Shown here piece after piece: positions 19,824-28,890 of a DNA stretch of 58,167 nucleotides; within the stretch, counting starts at the first letter, position 1, and the number at the start of each line of letters is the position of its first letter. The DNA is taken from the NCBI GenBank assembly GCA_035298405.1, contig DATGYA010000606.1:1-58167 (forward strand), written 5' to 3'. The translations under genes and the position numbers were made by a program. The DNA comes from Kamptonema sp. (lineage in GTDB: Bacteria > Cyanobacteriota > Cyanobacteriia > Cyanobacteriales > Microcoleaceae). The notes beneath the pieces were generated by a model. The model did not search any database, had not been told where the DNA came from, and was given only the letters and a program-made list of their open reading frames with translations.

Positions 19824-22822
19824 CAACTAAGCAGGAGGATATTATGACTGAGTTCGCCATGCTAGATGTATTCCGGGAGGAAGTGGAGACGCAAGTAGCA
19901 ATATTAAACCAGGGTTTGTTATCCCTAGAAAGCGAACCCCAGTCTCGGCAAATGCTAGAGTCATTAATGCGTGTTGCTAATGCGATCCAAGGAACTGCTC
20001 GGCTGGTGGAAATTGATGCAGCTATTAATCTGGCTCAGAGCATAGAGACTAGCCTTGATAACGCTCAAAAGCAAAACTTTACTTTGGGTGCTAGTGAGAT
20101 TGATGTACTGCTACAAGGAGTAAATTTACTTCTAAATATCAGCCGAGTCAAGGAAGAAGATTTAAACATTTGGCTTTCGGAAAATCAAGAGAATATTGAA
20201 ACTGTTACCAACAGTATAGATACTCTACTGACATCAGGAAAGGGATCGGTTCCTCAGCCAAGGGTAGAAGTACGGAGCCGAACCTCACCGCTCGAAACCT
20301 CAACTCTAGAGTCAACCTTAAAAGATGGTGATTTGGACAGCCAACAAGTGCTTGGTGTGCCAAATCAATTTGTCAGAGATTTGACTGATGTTACTCCTGA
20401 AGAATTGGGTGGGGAGGAGCATAAACAAATAAGTGCGATCGCAGACAGTCAAAATTCCCCAGAAGCAGAGGAAATGTCAAGCATTGGCGACACCTCAATG
20501 TTGGAGTTGTTTAAGCTAGAAGTAGATGCCCAAGCTGCTATTTTAAATGAGGGATTATTGGCTTTGGAAAGCCAACCAGGATCTCCCAAAGTTTTAGAGT
20601 CTTTAATGCGAGCTGCCCATTCTGTTAAAGGAGCGGCTCGCATCGTTGCCCTTGATGCTGCTGTGAATTTGGCTCACGTAATGGAGGATTGTTTTGTAGC
20701 AGCACAAAACCAAAAAATTACCATAGAAGCAGATGGCGTTGACATACTGCTACATGGAGTCGATTTGCTCCTAAATATCAGTCAGTATGGTCAAAGTTGG
20801 GTTAAGGAAAATCGACAGGATGTGGAAGCAACTAGAGAGGAAATTTATGCTATATTAACACCGGGATCGACCCCAGTTAAAAGAGTCGAAATCTTGCCCT
20901 CCAATCAGGACACTCAGGGACAATCTGCTCCTGTACAAAAGCCAGAAATAGTGGTTAGCGATCGCGGTACTATCCAAACACAAGCCAATGTTCAAAATCA
21001 GTCAGGTGAAACTAAGTCAATTGTTAAGCAAACCTCTGGCGATGTAGACTCTGTTAAATCGGGAGCAGAACAGGGAGCAGCAAATAGCGATCGCGTTGTT
21101 CGTGTAAGCGCCGATAACTTAAACCGGATCATGGGTTTAGCTGGTGAATCCCTGATCGAGGCAAACTGGCTTCAGCCGTTTGCAGATTCCTTAACGATAC
21201 TCAAAAAACGCCAGCTAGAATTATCTAAGATTTTAGAGAATTTCCAGCAAACCCTAGCAGCGAACCACAATCAAGAAACTGAGAGCTTTTTAGAAGGAGC
21301 TCGTGCCAAGGAACGAGAATGTCGGCAGATGTTGAGCGATCGCCTGATCGAACTAGAATTATATGCCCGTCGCACCAGCAGTCTCAGCGATCGCCTTTAC
21401 CAAGAAGTAATTCAATCTAATATGCGTCCCTTCGCCGATGGAGTGCAAGGATTTCCTAGAATGATGCGCGATTTAGCTAGGAAGCTCAATAAGCAAGTAA
21501 AATTTGAAATTTTCGGCAAAGGTACGCCAGTAGATCGCGATATTATCAAGAAACTAGAAGCTCCCCTCACACACATTTTGCGTAACTCCATCGATCATGG
21601 TTTAGAGCTTCCAGAAGAACGATTAGCAGCAGGTAAACCAGCAGAAGGAACCGTGCGGCTAGAAGCAGTCCATCGAGGCGGAATGCTATCAATTACCATC
21701 ATTGATGATGGTAGAGGAATTAACTTTGACTGGCTGCGCCAAAAAATTATTAAGAAGAGTCTGGCAACACCAGAAATAGTAGCTCAGCTTAGTGAAAGTG
21801 AACTGATGGAATTTCTATTTTTACCAGGATTTTCTACAGCCAAACAAGTCACAGAAATTTCCGGGCGCGGCGTTGGTTTAGATATTGCTAAAAGCATGGC
21901 GCACGAAGTGGGCGGCACAGTCAGAGCCATTTCCAATCCGGGAAAAGGCACTACTTTTCACTTTCAATTACCCTTAACGCTCTCCGTTGTTCGCACTCTG
22001 CTAGTAGAAATATCCGGCGAACCTTATGCTTTTCCTCTAGCTCGGATTGAGCAAATTGTCAATGTGGATAAAAAAGATATTGCCTCTGTGGAAAACAGGC
22101 AATATTTCACCATGGATAATAAGAACATCGGCTTAGTAGCAGCTTATCAAGTATTAGAATTGAAACAACCGCCGCCCCATACTGAAACCTTATCTGTTGT
22201 CGTCATCAGCGAACAATCAGACTACTATGGACTGGTAGTAGACAGGTTTTTAGGCGAACACGATTTGGTGGTAAGACCATTAGATCCTCGGCTAGGCAAA
22301 GTTCAGGATATTAGTGCTGCTGCTCTGATGGGAGACGGTTCCCCCATCCTGATTGTCGATGCTTCAGACTTAATGCGATCTGTAGATAATCTGCTTAATA
22401 ACAGCCAATTAAACCGTGTTATTAGCAGTTCCGAGCAGAGAGTAGTCGATGGTCAGAAGAGTATTCTGGTGGTGGATGATTCTATTACTGTACGAGAAAT
22501 GGAACGAAAATTATTGCAAAATAAAGGTTACAAAGTTGATGTTGCCGTTGATGGAATGGAAGGTTGGCACGCAGTGTCCACAAATCATTACGATTTAGTA
22601 GTGAGTGATGTAGATATGCCCCGTATGAACGGAATTGAGTTTACAACTAAGATTAAAAACAATCCCAAGCTGAATCAAATTCCGGTGATTATTGTTTCCT
22701 ACAAAGACCGTGATGAAGACCGGATACGCGGTTTAGAAGCAGGAGCAGATTATTACTTAACCAAAGCCAGTTTTCAGGACGATACATTAGTAAACGCCGT
22801 TTACGATTTGATTGGTCATTAG
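19820..22822 (+). CDS. cheA: Hybrid CheA histidine kinase with two Hpt-like domains, CheW and receiver domains (WspE-like)
   Basis: MRAAHSVKGAAR, HILRNSIDHG, DDGRG, SGRGVGLD and C-terminal REC LVVDDSITVRE...SDVDMPRMNG. Confidence 0.96.
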   Translation: MTTKQEDIMTEFAMLDVFREEVETQVAILNQGLLSLESEPQSRQMLESLMRVANAIQGTARLVEIDAAINLAQSIETSLDNAQKQNFTLGASEIDVLLQGVNLLLNISRVKEEDLNIWLSENQENIETVTNSIDTLLTSGKGSVPQPRVEVRSRTSPLETSTLESTLKDGDLDSQQVLGVPNQFVRDLTDVTPEELGGEEHKQISAIADSQNSPEAEEMSSIGDTSMLELFKLEVDAQAAILNEGLLALESQPGSPKVLESLMRAAHSVKGAARIVALDAAVNLAHVMEDCFVAAQNQKITIEADGVDILLHGVDLLLNISQYGQSWVKENRQDVEATREEIYAILTPGSTPVKRVEILPSNQDTQGQSAPVQKPEIVVSDRGTIQTQANVQNQSGETKSIVKQTSGDVDSVKSGAEQGAANSDRVVRVSADNLNRIMGLAGESLIEANWLQPFADSLTILKKRQLELSKILENFQQTLAANHNQETESFLEGARAKERECRQMLSDRLIELELYARRTSSLSDRLYQEVIQSNMRPFADGVQGFPRMMRDLARKLNKQVKFEIFGKGTPVDRDIIKKLEAPLTHILRNSIDHGLELPEERLAAGKPAEGTVRLEAVHRGGMLSITIIDDGRGINFDWLRQKIIKKSLATPEIVAQLSESELMEFLFLPGFSTAKQVTEISGRGVGLDIAKSMAHEVGGTVRAISNPGKGTTFHFQLPLTLSVVRTLLVEISGEPYAFPLARIEQIVNVDKKDIASVENRQYFTMDNKNIGLVAAYQVLELKQPPPHTETLSVVVISEQSDYYGLVVDRFLGEHDLVVRPLDPRLGKVQDISAAALMGDGSPILIVDASDLMRSVDNLLNNSQLNRVISSSEQRVVDGQKSILVVDDSITVREMERKLLQNKGYKVDVAVDGMEGWHAVSTNHYDLVVSDVDMPRMNGIEFTTKIKNNPKLNQIPVIIVSYKDRDEDRIRGLEAGADYYLTKASFQDDTLVNAVYDLIGH

Positions 22823-22935
22823 TTAGTGGTTAGTTGTCAGCGGTTAATTGTTGGTTGTGATTACAACTAAACATAACCCCTAACTACTAACTACCAACCA
22901 CTAACCACTAACGACTAACCACTAACCACTAACCA
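22819..22935. repeat. Inverted heptamer tandem repeats (TTAGTGG-like / CTAACCA-like)
   Basis: ttagttagtggttagttg... followed by ...ccactaaccactaacgactaaccactaaccactaacca. Confidence 0.8.
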
Positions 22936-22940
22936 ATGAT

Positions 22941-23978
22941 ATGAGAATTGCAATTGTAAACGATATGGTGATGGCAGTAGAGACACTACGGCGCGTATTG
23001 ATGACCGTCCCCAATTATGAAGTGGCTTGGGTAGCGCGTGACGGTGCTGAAGCAGTTAGCAAATGTGCCGAAGATCCTCCTGACATGATTCTCATGGATT
23101 TGATCATGCCAATTATGGATGGGGTAGAAGCAACTCGTCAGATTATGAAGCATACTCCCTGCGCTATTGTGGTAGTAACAGTTAGCGTTGAAAAGAATGC
23201 GTCTAAAGTATTTGAAGCAATGGGATATGGAGCATTAGATGCTGTCAGTACCCCAGTTTTGGGGGCGAGTGGCAATCCAGAAGCAGCTCAAGCTTTACTT
23301 GCAAAAATTGTAACTGTTGCTAAACTAATTGGTAAATTTGGTGTAACTTCTAAATCTAGAACTATTAGCGAAAATTCTAAATCTTTATTTTCACCCCTTG
23401 CATCCCGCGTTCCTCCCCTGATCGCGATCGGTTCTTCTACTGGAGGCCCAAATGCTCTAGCAAAGATCCTTTCTCGCTTACCAGCAAACTTCGGCGCAGC
23501 AGTAGCTATCATCCAGCACGTAGATGCACAATTTACTCCCAGTTTGGTAGAATGGCTAAATGAACAAACACCTCTGAGCGTGCAGCTAGCATCTGAAGGT
23601 AGTCGTTTGGAAATAGGAAAAGTATTAATTGCTGGGACAAACGATCACTTGTCTTTGCAACCGAATTTCAGCTTAAGTTATACGAAAAACCCCATTGATT
23701 ATCCTTATCGTCCTTCAGTTGATGTGTTTTTCAAAAGTGTCGCTCATTACTGGCATCGGCAAGGAACTGCTGTATTACTAACAGGTATGGGTCGAGATGG
23801 AGCGGAAGGACTAAATTTATTACGTCAAAAGGGATGGCATACGATCGCGCAAAATCAAGCAAGTTGTGTAGTTTATGGAATGCCCAAAGCAGCCGTAGAA
23901 TTAGGTGCAGCAGTGGAGATTTTACCACTGGATGCGATCGCTTCTACTCTCATTGAACGATTAGCCTTTAGCCGTTAG
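22941..23978 (+). CDS. cheB: CheB response-regulator methylesterase (WspF-like)
   Basis: [11 protein letters not shown] domain; catalytic GSSTGG, IQH and LTGMGRDG. Confidence 0.96.
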   Translation: MRIAIVNDMVMAVETLRRVLMTVPNYEVAWVARDGAEAVSKCAEDPPDMILMDLIMPIMDGVEATRQIMKHTPCAIVVVTVSVEKNASKVFEAMGYGALDAVSTPVLGASGNPEAAQALLAKIVTVAKLIGKFGVTSKSRTISENSKSLFSPLASRVPPLIAIGSSTGGPNALAKILSRLPANFGAAVAIIQHVDAQFTPSLVEWLNEQTPLSVQLASEGSRLEIGKVLIAGTNDHLSLQPNFSLSYTKNPIDYPYRPSVDVFFKSVAHYWHRQGTAVLLTGMGRDGAEGLNLLRQKGWHTIAQNQASCVVYGMPKAAVELGAAVEILPLDAIASTLIERLAFSR

Positions 23979-24031
23979 TAATTTCTTAATTTTTTATTTT
24001 CATCTCAGTATCTTAAAAGCAGGTAAATCCC

Positions 24032-25351
24032 ATGATAGAAGATCCAATTACAGTTTTGCTCATCGACGATCAGCCCATGATTGGCGAAGCCGTTCGTCGA
24101 ATGTTACTTCCCGAAAAAGATATCACCTTTCATTACTGTAGCAACCCTACCGAGGCAATCAAAGTTGCTCGTTTATGCCAGCCAACTGTGATCTTACAAG
24201 ACTTAGTTATGCCCGAAATGGACGGACTGGTTTTAGTCCGCTTTTTGCGAGCTAAAAACGCTCCCACCAGATACGTCCCGCTAATCGTTCTATCTAGTAA
24301 AGAAGAACCGCTGATCAAAGCAAAAGCTTTTGCATTAGGTGCTAATGATTATGTAGTTAAACTCCCCGACAAAGCAGAACTGATCGCCCGCATCCGCTAC
24401 CACTCTAAAGCTTATGTAAACCTTCTCAAACGCAACGAAGCTGAAGCAATTCTCCAAGCTGAAAACTTTCGCATGGCAAAAGAGCTAGATATGCTGCGTC
24501 AAATGCAGCAGATGATTCTACCTACATCAGATGAATTAGATGCGATCGAAGGTTTAGAAATTGCAGGATATATGGAACCTGCCGATGAAGTAGGTGGCGA
24601 CTACTATGACGTTCTTTATGTAGATGGAGTTGTCACAATTGGCATCGGTGATGTCACTGGACATGGACTAGAAAGTGGTATTTTAATGGTGATGACCCAA
24701 ACCGCAGTCCGCACTCTTAAAGAAATTCGAGAACTCGACCCTATTAAATTTTTAGATGCCCTCAACCGTACTATTTATAAAAATGTTCGTAGGATGAATT
24801 CTGAGAAGAATTTGACATTAGTTATTCTTACTTATACAAAAGGTAGAATTAGTATTAGCGGTCAGCATGAAGAAACTATTGTAGTGAGAAAAGGAGGTCA
24901 TGTTGAGCGCATTAACACGATGAATTTAGGTTTCCCTATCGGGTTAGATGAAGAAATTCTTGAGTTTATCAATCATACTACTATTGAATTAAAAGAGGGA
25001 GATGGAATTGTCCTCTATACCGATGGAATACCTGAAGCCTACAACATCCAGAAAAAACAATATGGACTGGAAAAATTATGCGAGGTTATTAGTCAAAATT
25101 GGGATAAATCCGCTGAAGAAGTTAAACAAGCAATAATTGATGATGTTAAAGAATTTATTGGTTTACAAAAGGTTTTTGATGACATTACTTTAGTAGTGAT
25201 CAAACAAGAGTCATCTGATAATCTGGAACCATTGGAAGAAGAAGAAGAAGAAGAACTATTAGAGGAAGAGGAATCTTTGGCAGAAGAACCTTTAGAGGAA
25301 GTTAAGGAGATGGCAAAGGCAAAGAAGAAGTTTAAGTTTTTTGGGAAATGA
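24032..25351 (+). CDS. WspR-type receiver domain fused to SpoIIE/PP2C Ser/Thr phosphatase
   Basis: VLLIDDQPMIGEAVRRML...PTVILQDLVMP...GANDYVVKLPD..ELIARIRYHS, followed by VGGDYYD, GDVTGHG, LYTDGIPEA and DDITLVV. Confidence 0.93.
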   Translation: MIEDPITVLLIDDQPMIGEAVRRMLLPEKDITFHYCSNPTEAIKVARLCQPTVILQDLVMPEMDGLVLVRFLRAKNAPTRYVPLIVLSSKEEPLIKAKAFALGANDYVVKLPDKAELIARIRYHSKAYVNLLKRNEAEAILQAENFRMAKELDMLRQMQQMILPTSDELDAIEGLEIAGYMEPADEVGGDYYDVLYVDGVVTIGIGDVTGHGLESGILMVMTQTAVRTLKEIRELDPIKFLDALNRTIYKNVRRMNSEKNLTLVILTYTKGRISISGQHEETIVVRKGGHVERINTMNLGFPIGLDEEILEFINHTTIELKEGDGIVLYTDGIPEAYNIQKKQYGLEKLCEVISQNWDKSAEEVKQAIIDDVKEFIGLQKVFDDITLVVIKQESSDNLEPLEEEEEEELLEEEESLAEEPLEEVKEMAKAKKKFKFFGK

Positions 25352-25430
25352 TCGGCCAGGTGCGATCGCGAAGATTTTCTCTTAGACAATTAACCTTAAA
25401 AATGTTTTATCTCAATTAATAGGTGACAAT

Positions 25431-26021
25431 ATGAGCCAAGTATTTGGAGACTTTATTGAGAACTTGCCACCCGCTGATTCTTTAGAATTAAAATTTACTC
25501 AGGGTGCTAATCCCAGAGAAAAAATGTGGCGCAATCACCGTTTATCTGCTTATTTTTTGGCTGACTATTTCTCCAATGTTTTGTCAATTGATGAAGATGA
25601 ATTTGAAGGAAAAGAACGCATCAAAGCCATGAAAGCTGCGGTGAGTTATATCGGCAATGAACTCTTAGAAAATGCCATGAAATTTAATGGATTCAGAAAT
25701 CATGCTCAAGTTGAGTTTGGTATTCATTTTCAGGAAGATTTAGAGCGAGTCACTGCGATCGTTTTTACTAAGAACAGTATTGCTTCTGAAAAAGTTCAAA
25801 AATTCAAAGAGTTTATTGAGGAATTACTATCTGCCGATCCTAATGAGTTATATGTTCAGCAGATTGAAAAGGCAGCAGAATCCGAACAAGGTGAATCTTC
25901 AGGCTTAGGCTTGCTGACTACAATCAATGATTACTCAGCAAAACTAGGCTGGAAATTTGAGTCAGAACCCAACGATCCCAAAATTATTATCGTTACTACA
26001 ATGGCTCAAATTGTTGTATAA
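25431..26021 (+). CDS. GHKL-type anti-sigma/partner-switching kinase-like protein (slr1658/SiaB-like)
   Basis: N-box NELLENAMKF and G-box SSGLGLLT; lies between the PP2C and STAS genes. Confidence 0.78.
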   Translation: MSQVFGDFIENLPPADSLELKFTQGANPREKMWRNHRLSAYFLADYFSNVLSIDEDEFEGKERIKAMKAAVSYIGNELLENAMKFNGFRNHAQVEFGIHFQEDLERVTAIVFTKNSIASEKVQKFKEFIEELLSADPNELYVQQIEKAAESEQGESSGLGLLTTINDYSAKLGWKFESEPNDPKIIIVTTMAQIVV

Positions 26022-26066
26022 TTTAAACTGATGAATTTAGACCCATCAACAAAAAAGGATAGGTAA

Positions 26067-26420
26067 GTGATGAGCAATCAAGAAGTCAAAGGTGAGGACT
26101 ATCAGGTTGAATACGATCCAGACTCCTCAACAGTTTATTTTAAAGGAGAAATCAGTCTAGGAGGGCCCAAGGATTATGCTCCAATTGTTAAGTTGCTCGA
26201 TGAAGCAGCTAGTTTATCATCCTCAACGTTAACATTAAATGTGAAAGAATTAGGATTTCTAAATAGTTCGGGCATTAGTATGCTGTCGAAATTTGTACTT
26301 GGTATGCGGAAAAAGAAGACTCAATTGGTGGTTTTAGGTTCAAAGATAATGCCTTGGCAAGCTAAATCACTAAAAAACTTAGAGCGATTGCTTCCAGGTT
26401 TAAAACTGGTAGTGGAATAA
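26067..26420 (+). CDS. STAS-like anti-anti-sigma protein (slr1659-like)
   Basis: 117 aa; LTLNVKELGFLNSSGISML with the canonical phosphoacceptor Ser position. Confidence 0.82.
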   Translation: MMSNQEVKGEDYQVEYDPDSSTVYFKGEISLGGPKDYAPIVKLLDEAASLSSSTLTLNVKELGFLNSSGISMLSKFVLGMRKKKTQLVVLGSKIMPWQAKSLKNLERLLPGLKLVVE

Positions 26421-26574
26421 GGTAAAATAGTTAGGAGCGATCCAAGTTTTCTTGGAAAGAAATTTACACACCGTTCTTAATTTCAACTTAGAAAATAGTA
26501 GGTTCTCAGTCGCTCCAACTAATAATAGCAATTATTGTTGACTTTCGCATAAAAATTAACGTGATTTAATTGAG

Positions 26575-28383
26575 GTGGCAACTTCTATGTTAGCAACAAA
26601 TCTATTACATCAATTTGAAGCTCTTAATCTAGGGATCAAGATCCTGGTTACTTTACTAATTAACGTTCTAGGAACAGGAATATTATATGTATTCTTGTTT
26701 TATGTTATGCGCCATATATTTCGTAAGTTTGAGCGGGATATTGCGATCGTTACCTTAAGCGTTTCCTCTTATCCCATTCTAATTATCTTTACTATTTTTA
26801 GTCTCAAATTTACTTTTGGAAAATTATTACCTGCCGATCTTATAGCTACACTAGCACACATCCTGAGACCAATTTTAATTGTCACCATTAGTTATTGGTT
26901 AGTGCAATTATTTGTCGAAGTTTTTATCTACTACCTGAAAGAATATACTAAAAAAACTGAAGCGATGTGGGATGATGTCTTGCTTCCCATTCTCTCAGCC
27001 GTTGTGCCTGTAATTATTTACTTAGGTGGCGCTGTGCTGGTTATCAGTTCTTTTGGCGTTGATTTAAGTGGAATTTGGGTGGCGCTGGGTGGGGCTACTT
27101 TTGTTCTCGGTTTTGCACTTCAGGATATTTTGTCTAACTTCTTTAGTGGTGTAGTTTTACTCATTGATACTCCTTTTAGATTTGGTGATATTCTGCTGCT
27201 TGAAGATGGATCGATTGGAATGCTTCGCCGGATTGGGATTAGGGTGACACAGCTCTATATATTTACTAACCACTGTGATGTTTATATTCCTAATAGTGTA
27301 TTGCAGGGGCAAAAACTTACTAATTTGAGCCGCCCTACTTCTTTATACTATCATTCTATAGAGATAGAAATCCCTTCTGAAGGTAATTTTGAGGAATCTA
27401 AGAAGCTGATGCAAGAAATTGTGTTGGCTCATCCAGATACGCTCGGAGATATTGATAGTAAATTGGAAGTGATTGATAATTACTATAACGCTGAACAAAA
27501 TGATTTGAATTTACAGGAACAACAAGAAGTTGGCAAATCCCGGCTATTGGCTGAACAAGAAGTAAATCTAAAATTAGAGGAAATTGAACAAGCTCTTGAA
27601 TCTTTAGTGGTGACAGTACAGTTTGCGGAGAAAGGAGGGTTAACTCAAGATGAGAGAGAAAATGTCCAACAGGAATATCAAGCAATCTTAGAACTAATCG
27701 GTTTTCAAGTGAGCGAGGAAACTGAAGATAGCGCTGCTTTAGTTAATTTTGAAGAATATAATGAAGAGGGACTGATTGAGTCAATTAGGCAGTGGTATCG
27801 AATTTGGCTTAGAGATCCTAATTTGCTGGATGAGGATCAATTCTTTATTTCTGATGAATGGGAACGAAAGATTAATTTGCTTAAGCGAAGGGCGCAACGA
27901 TTGTCTCAAAAAATTTCTAATCCTCAAGCTGACGAAACTCGCTTGGATGATTATGTGATAGAGATAATTAATTGGCTGAAAGAGAAGTTAAAAGTGCCTA
28001 GAAAAAAATGGCAAGAACCGCAAATTAGGATGATCGGAATGAATCACGATGAGTCGGGGGTTTATCTTGAATTGCACATTAGTTTTTTTGTGGATGATAT
28101 TAAACTGGAAGATGGGAAAAGGGGCGATCGCGTCAGAAGCCAAATTTATCAAGAAATTTTCCGCAATCTCCAAAATACCTACATGAATTGGAGTGGGATC
28201 AAAGAGATCGGTGCGGAAGAGGAGAATGGCAATGCTGTCGATGCTAGCATTACTCAGAGTCCTGTCAGCAGTTTTGTACAGACTGGACTCGACTCCGCGA
28301 CTGCTAAACAGGGTTTTGCTTTTTACTTGTCTGTAGGTAAGAATAAATCTGGAGTGAAGTCTGGAAAAACTCTTGACAAGTGA
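26575..28383 (+). CDS. MscS-family mechanosensitive channel with large cytoplasmic insertion
   Basis: LGFALQDILSNFFSGVVLLIDTPFRFGD...IGIRVT...YIPNS; acidic helical region afterwards. Confidence 0.9.
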   Translation: MATSMLATNLLHQFEALNLGIKILVTLLINVLGTGILYVFLFYVMRHIFRKFERDIAIVTLSVSSYPILIIFTIFSLKFTFGKLLPADLIATLAHILRPILIVTISYWLVQLFVEVFIYYLKEYTKKTEAMWDDVLLPILSAVVPVIIYLGGAVLVISSFGVDLSGIWVALGGATFVLGFALQDILSNFFSGVVLLIDTPFRFGDILLLEDGSIGMLRRIGIRVTQLYIFTNHCDVYIPNSVLQGQKLTNLSRPTSLYYHSIEIEIPSEGNFEESKKLMQEIVLAHPDTLGDIDSKLEVIDNYYNAEQNDLNLQEQQEVGKSRLLAEQEVNLKLEEIEQALESLVVTVQFAEKGGLTQDERENVQQEYQAILELIGFQVSEETEDSAALVNFEEYNEEGLIESIRQWYRIWLRDPNLLDEDQFFISDEWERKINLLKRRAQRLSQKISNPQADETRLDDYVIEIINWLKEKLKVPRKKWQEPQIRMIGMNHDESGVYLELHISFFVDDIKLEDGKRGDRVRSQIYQEIFRNLQNTYMNWSGIKEIGAEEENGNAVDASITQSPVSSFVQTGLDSATAKQGFAFYLSVGKNKSGVKSGKTLDK

Positions 28384-28489
28384 TGCAAAGTCTGATTTGA
28401 AAACTATATTTGTCTGGGCGATCGGAAATCGCGGCTGTACAAACAAAGTTTACCTACGCAGACTCTAAGCTGGCAAATCTCGATTGGCC

Positions 28490-28550
28490 TTTGAAAAAAA
28501 ATTTCACAAAGGGGTTGACAGACTTGGGAAAACTTGCTAAGTTATTAAAG
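28490..28550 (+). promoter_or_regulatory. Strong rrn-type sigma70 promoter
   Basis: A-tract upstream, TTGACA (28515-28520), 17-bp spacer, TGn-extended TAAGTT (28538-28543). Confidence 0.72.
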
Positions 28551-28642
28551 GTGAAGCAAAAAGATGCAACGCGGCTCAAACAAAGAAAGGCAAGCGCTAC
28601 ATCTACCTTAACGCCCAAAAGCATTAAAAGTTTAAAAAGCTT

Positions 28643-28760
28643 TCCTGGTGTCAATGGCGCGGTGGAACCACACCGATCCCATCCCGAACTCGGATGTTAA
28701 ACGCTGCTGCGGCGAAGATACTTGGCGGGTCACTGCCTGGGAAAATAGCTCGATGCCAGG
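28643..28760 (+). rRNA. rrf: 5S ribosomal RNA (orphan copy)
   Basis: TCCTGGTG...GAACCACACCGATCCCATCCCGAACTCGG...AAATAGCTCGATGCCAGG; complementary ends, ~118 nt. Confidence 0.95.
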
Positions 28761-28770
28761 GCAATATAAA

Positions 28771-28816
28771 ACTAAAGCTCTTTTCCAGATATAAAGGAAA
28801 AGAGCTTTAGTGTTTT
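28771..28816 (+). terminator. Intrinsic terminator after the 5S rRNA
   Basis: ACTAAAGCTCTTTTCC-N9-GGAAAAGAGCTTTAGT (16-bp stem) followed by GTTTT. Confidence 0.8.
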
Positions 28817-28823
28817 GGTAATA

Positions 28824-28880
28824 GTTAACGGTTAACGGTTAACAGTTAACAGTTAACAGTTAACAGTTAACAGTCAACGG
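28824..28880. repeat. Heptamer tandem repeat (GTTAACR) x about 8
   Basis: gttaacggttaacggttaacagttaacagttaacagttaacagttaacagtcaacg. Confidence 0.9.
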
Positions 28881-28890
28881 GTAATTGCTA

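Noticed and set aside
28373-28410. Second upstream rrn promoter (TTGACA at 28373)
   Set aside because: The nearest good -10 (TATATT, 28405) is 26 bp away, which is incompatible spacing; at most a relic.
28410-28700. 96-aa and 66-aa ORFs near the 5S gene
   Set aside because: They overlap the rrn-type promoter, leader and 5S sequence and have no protein motifs.
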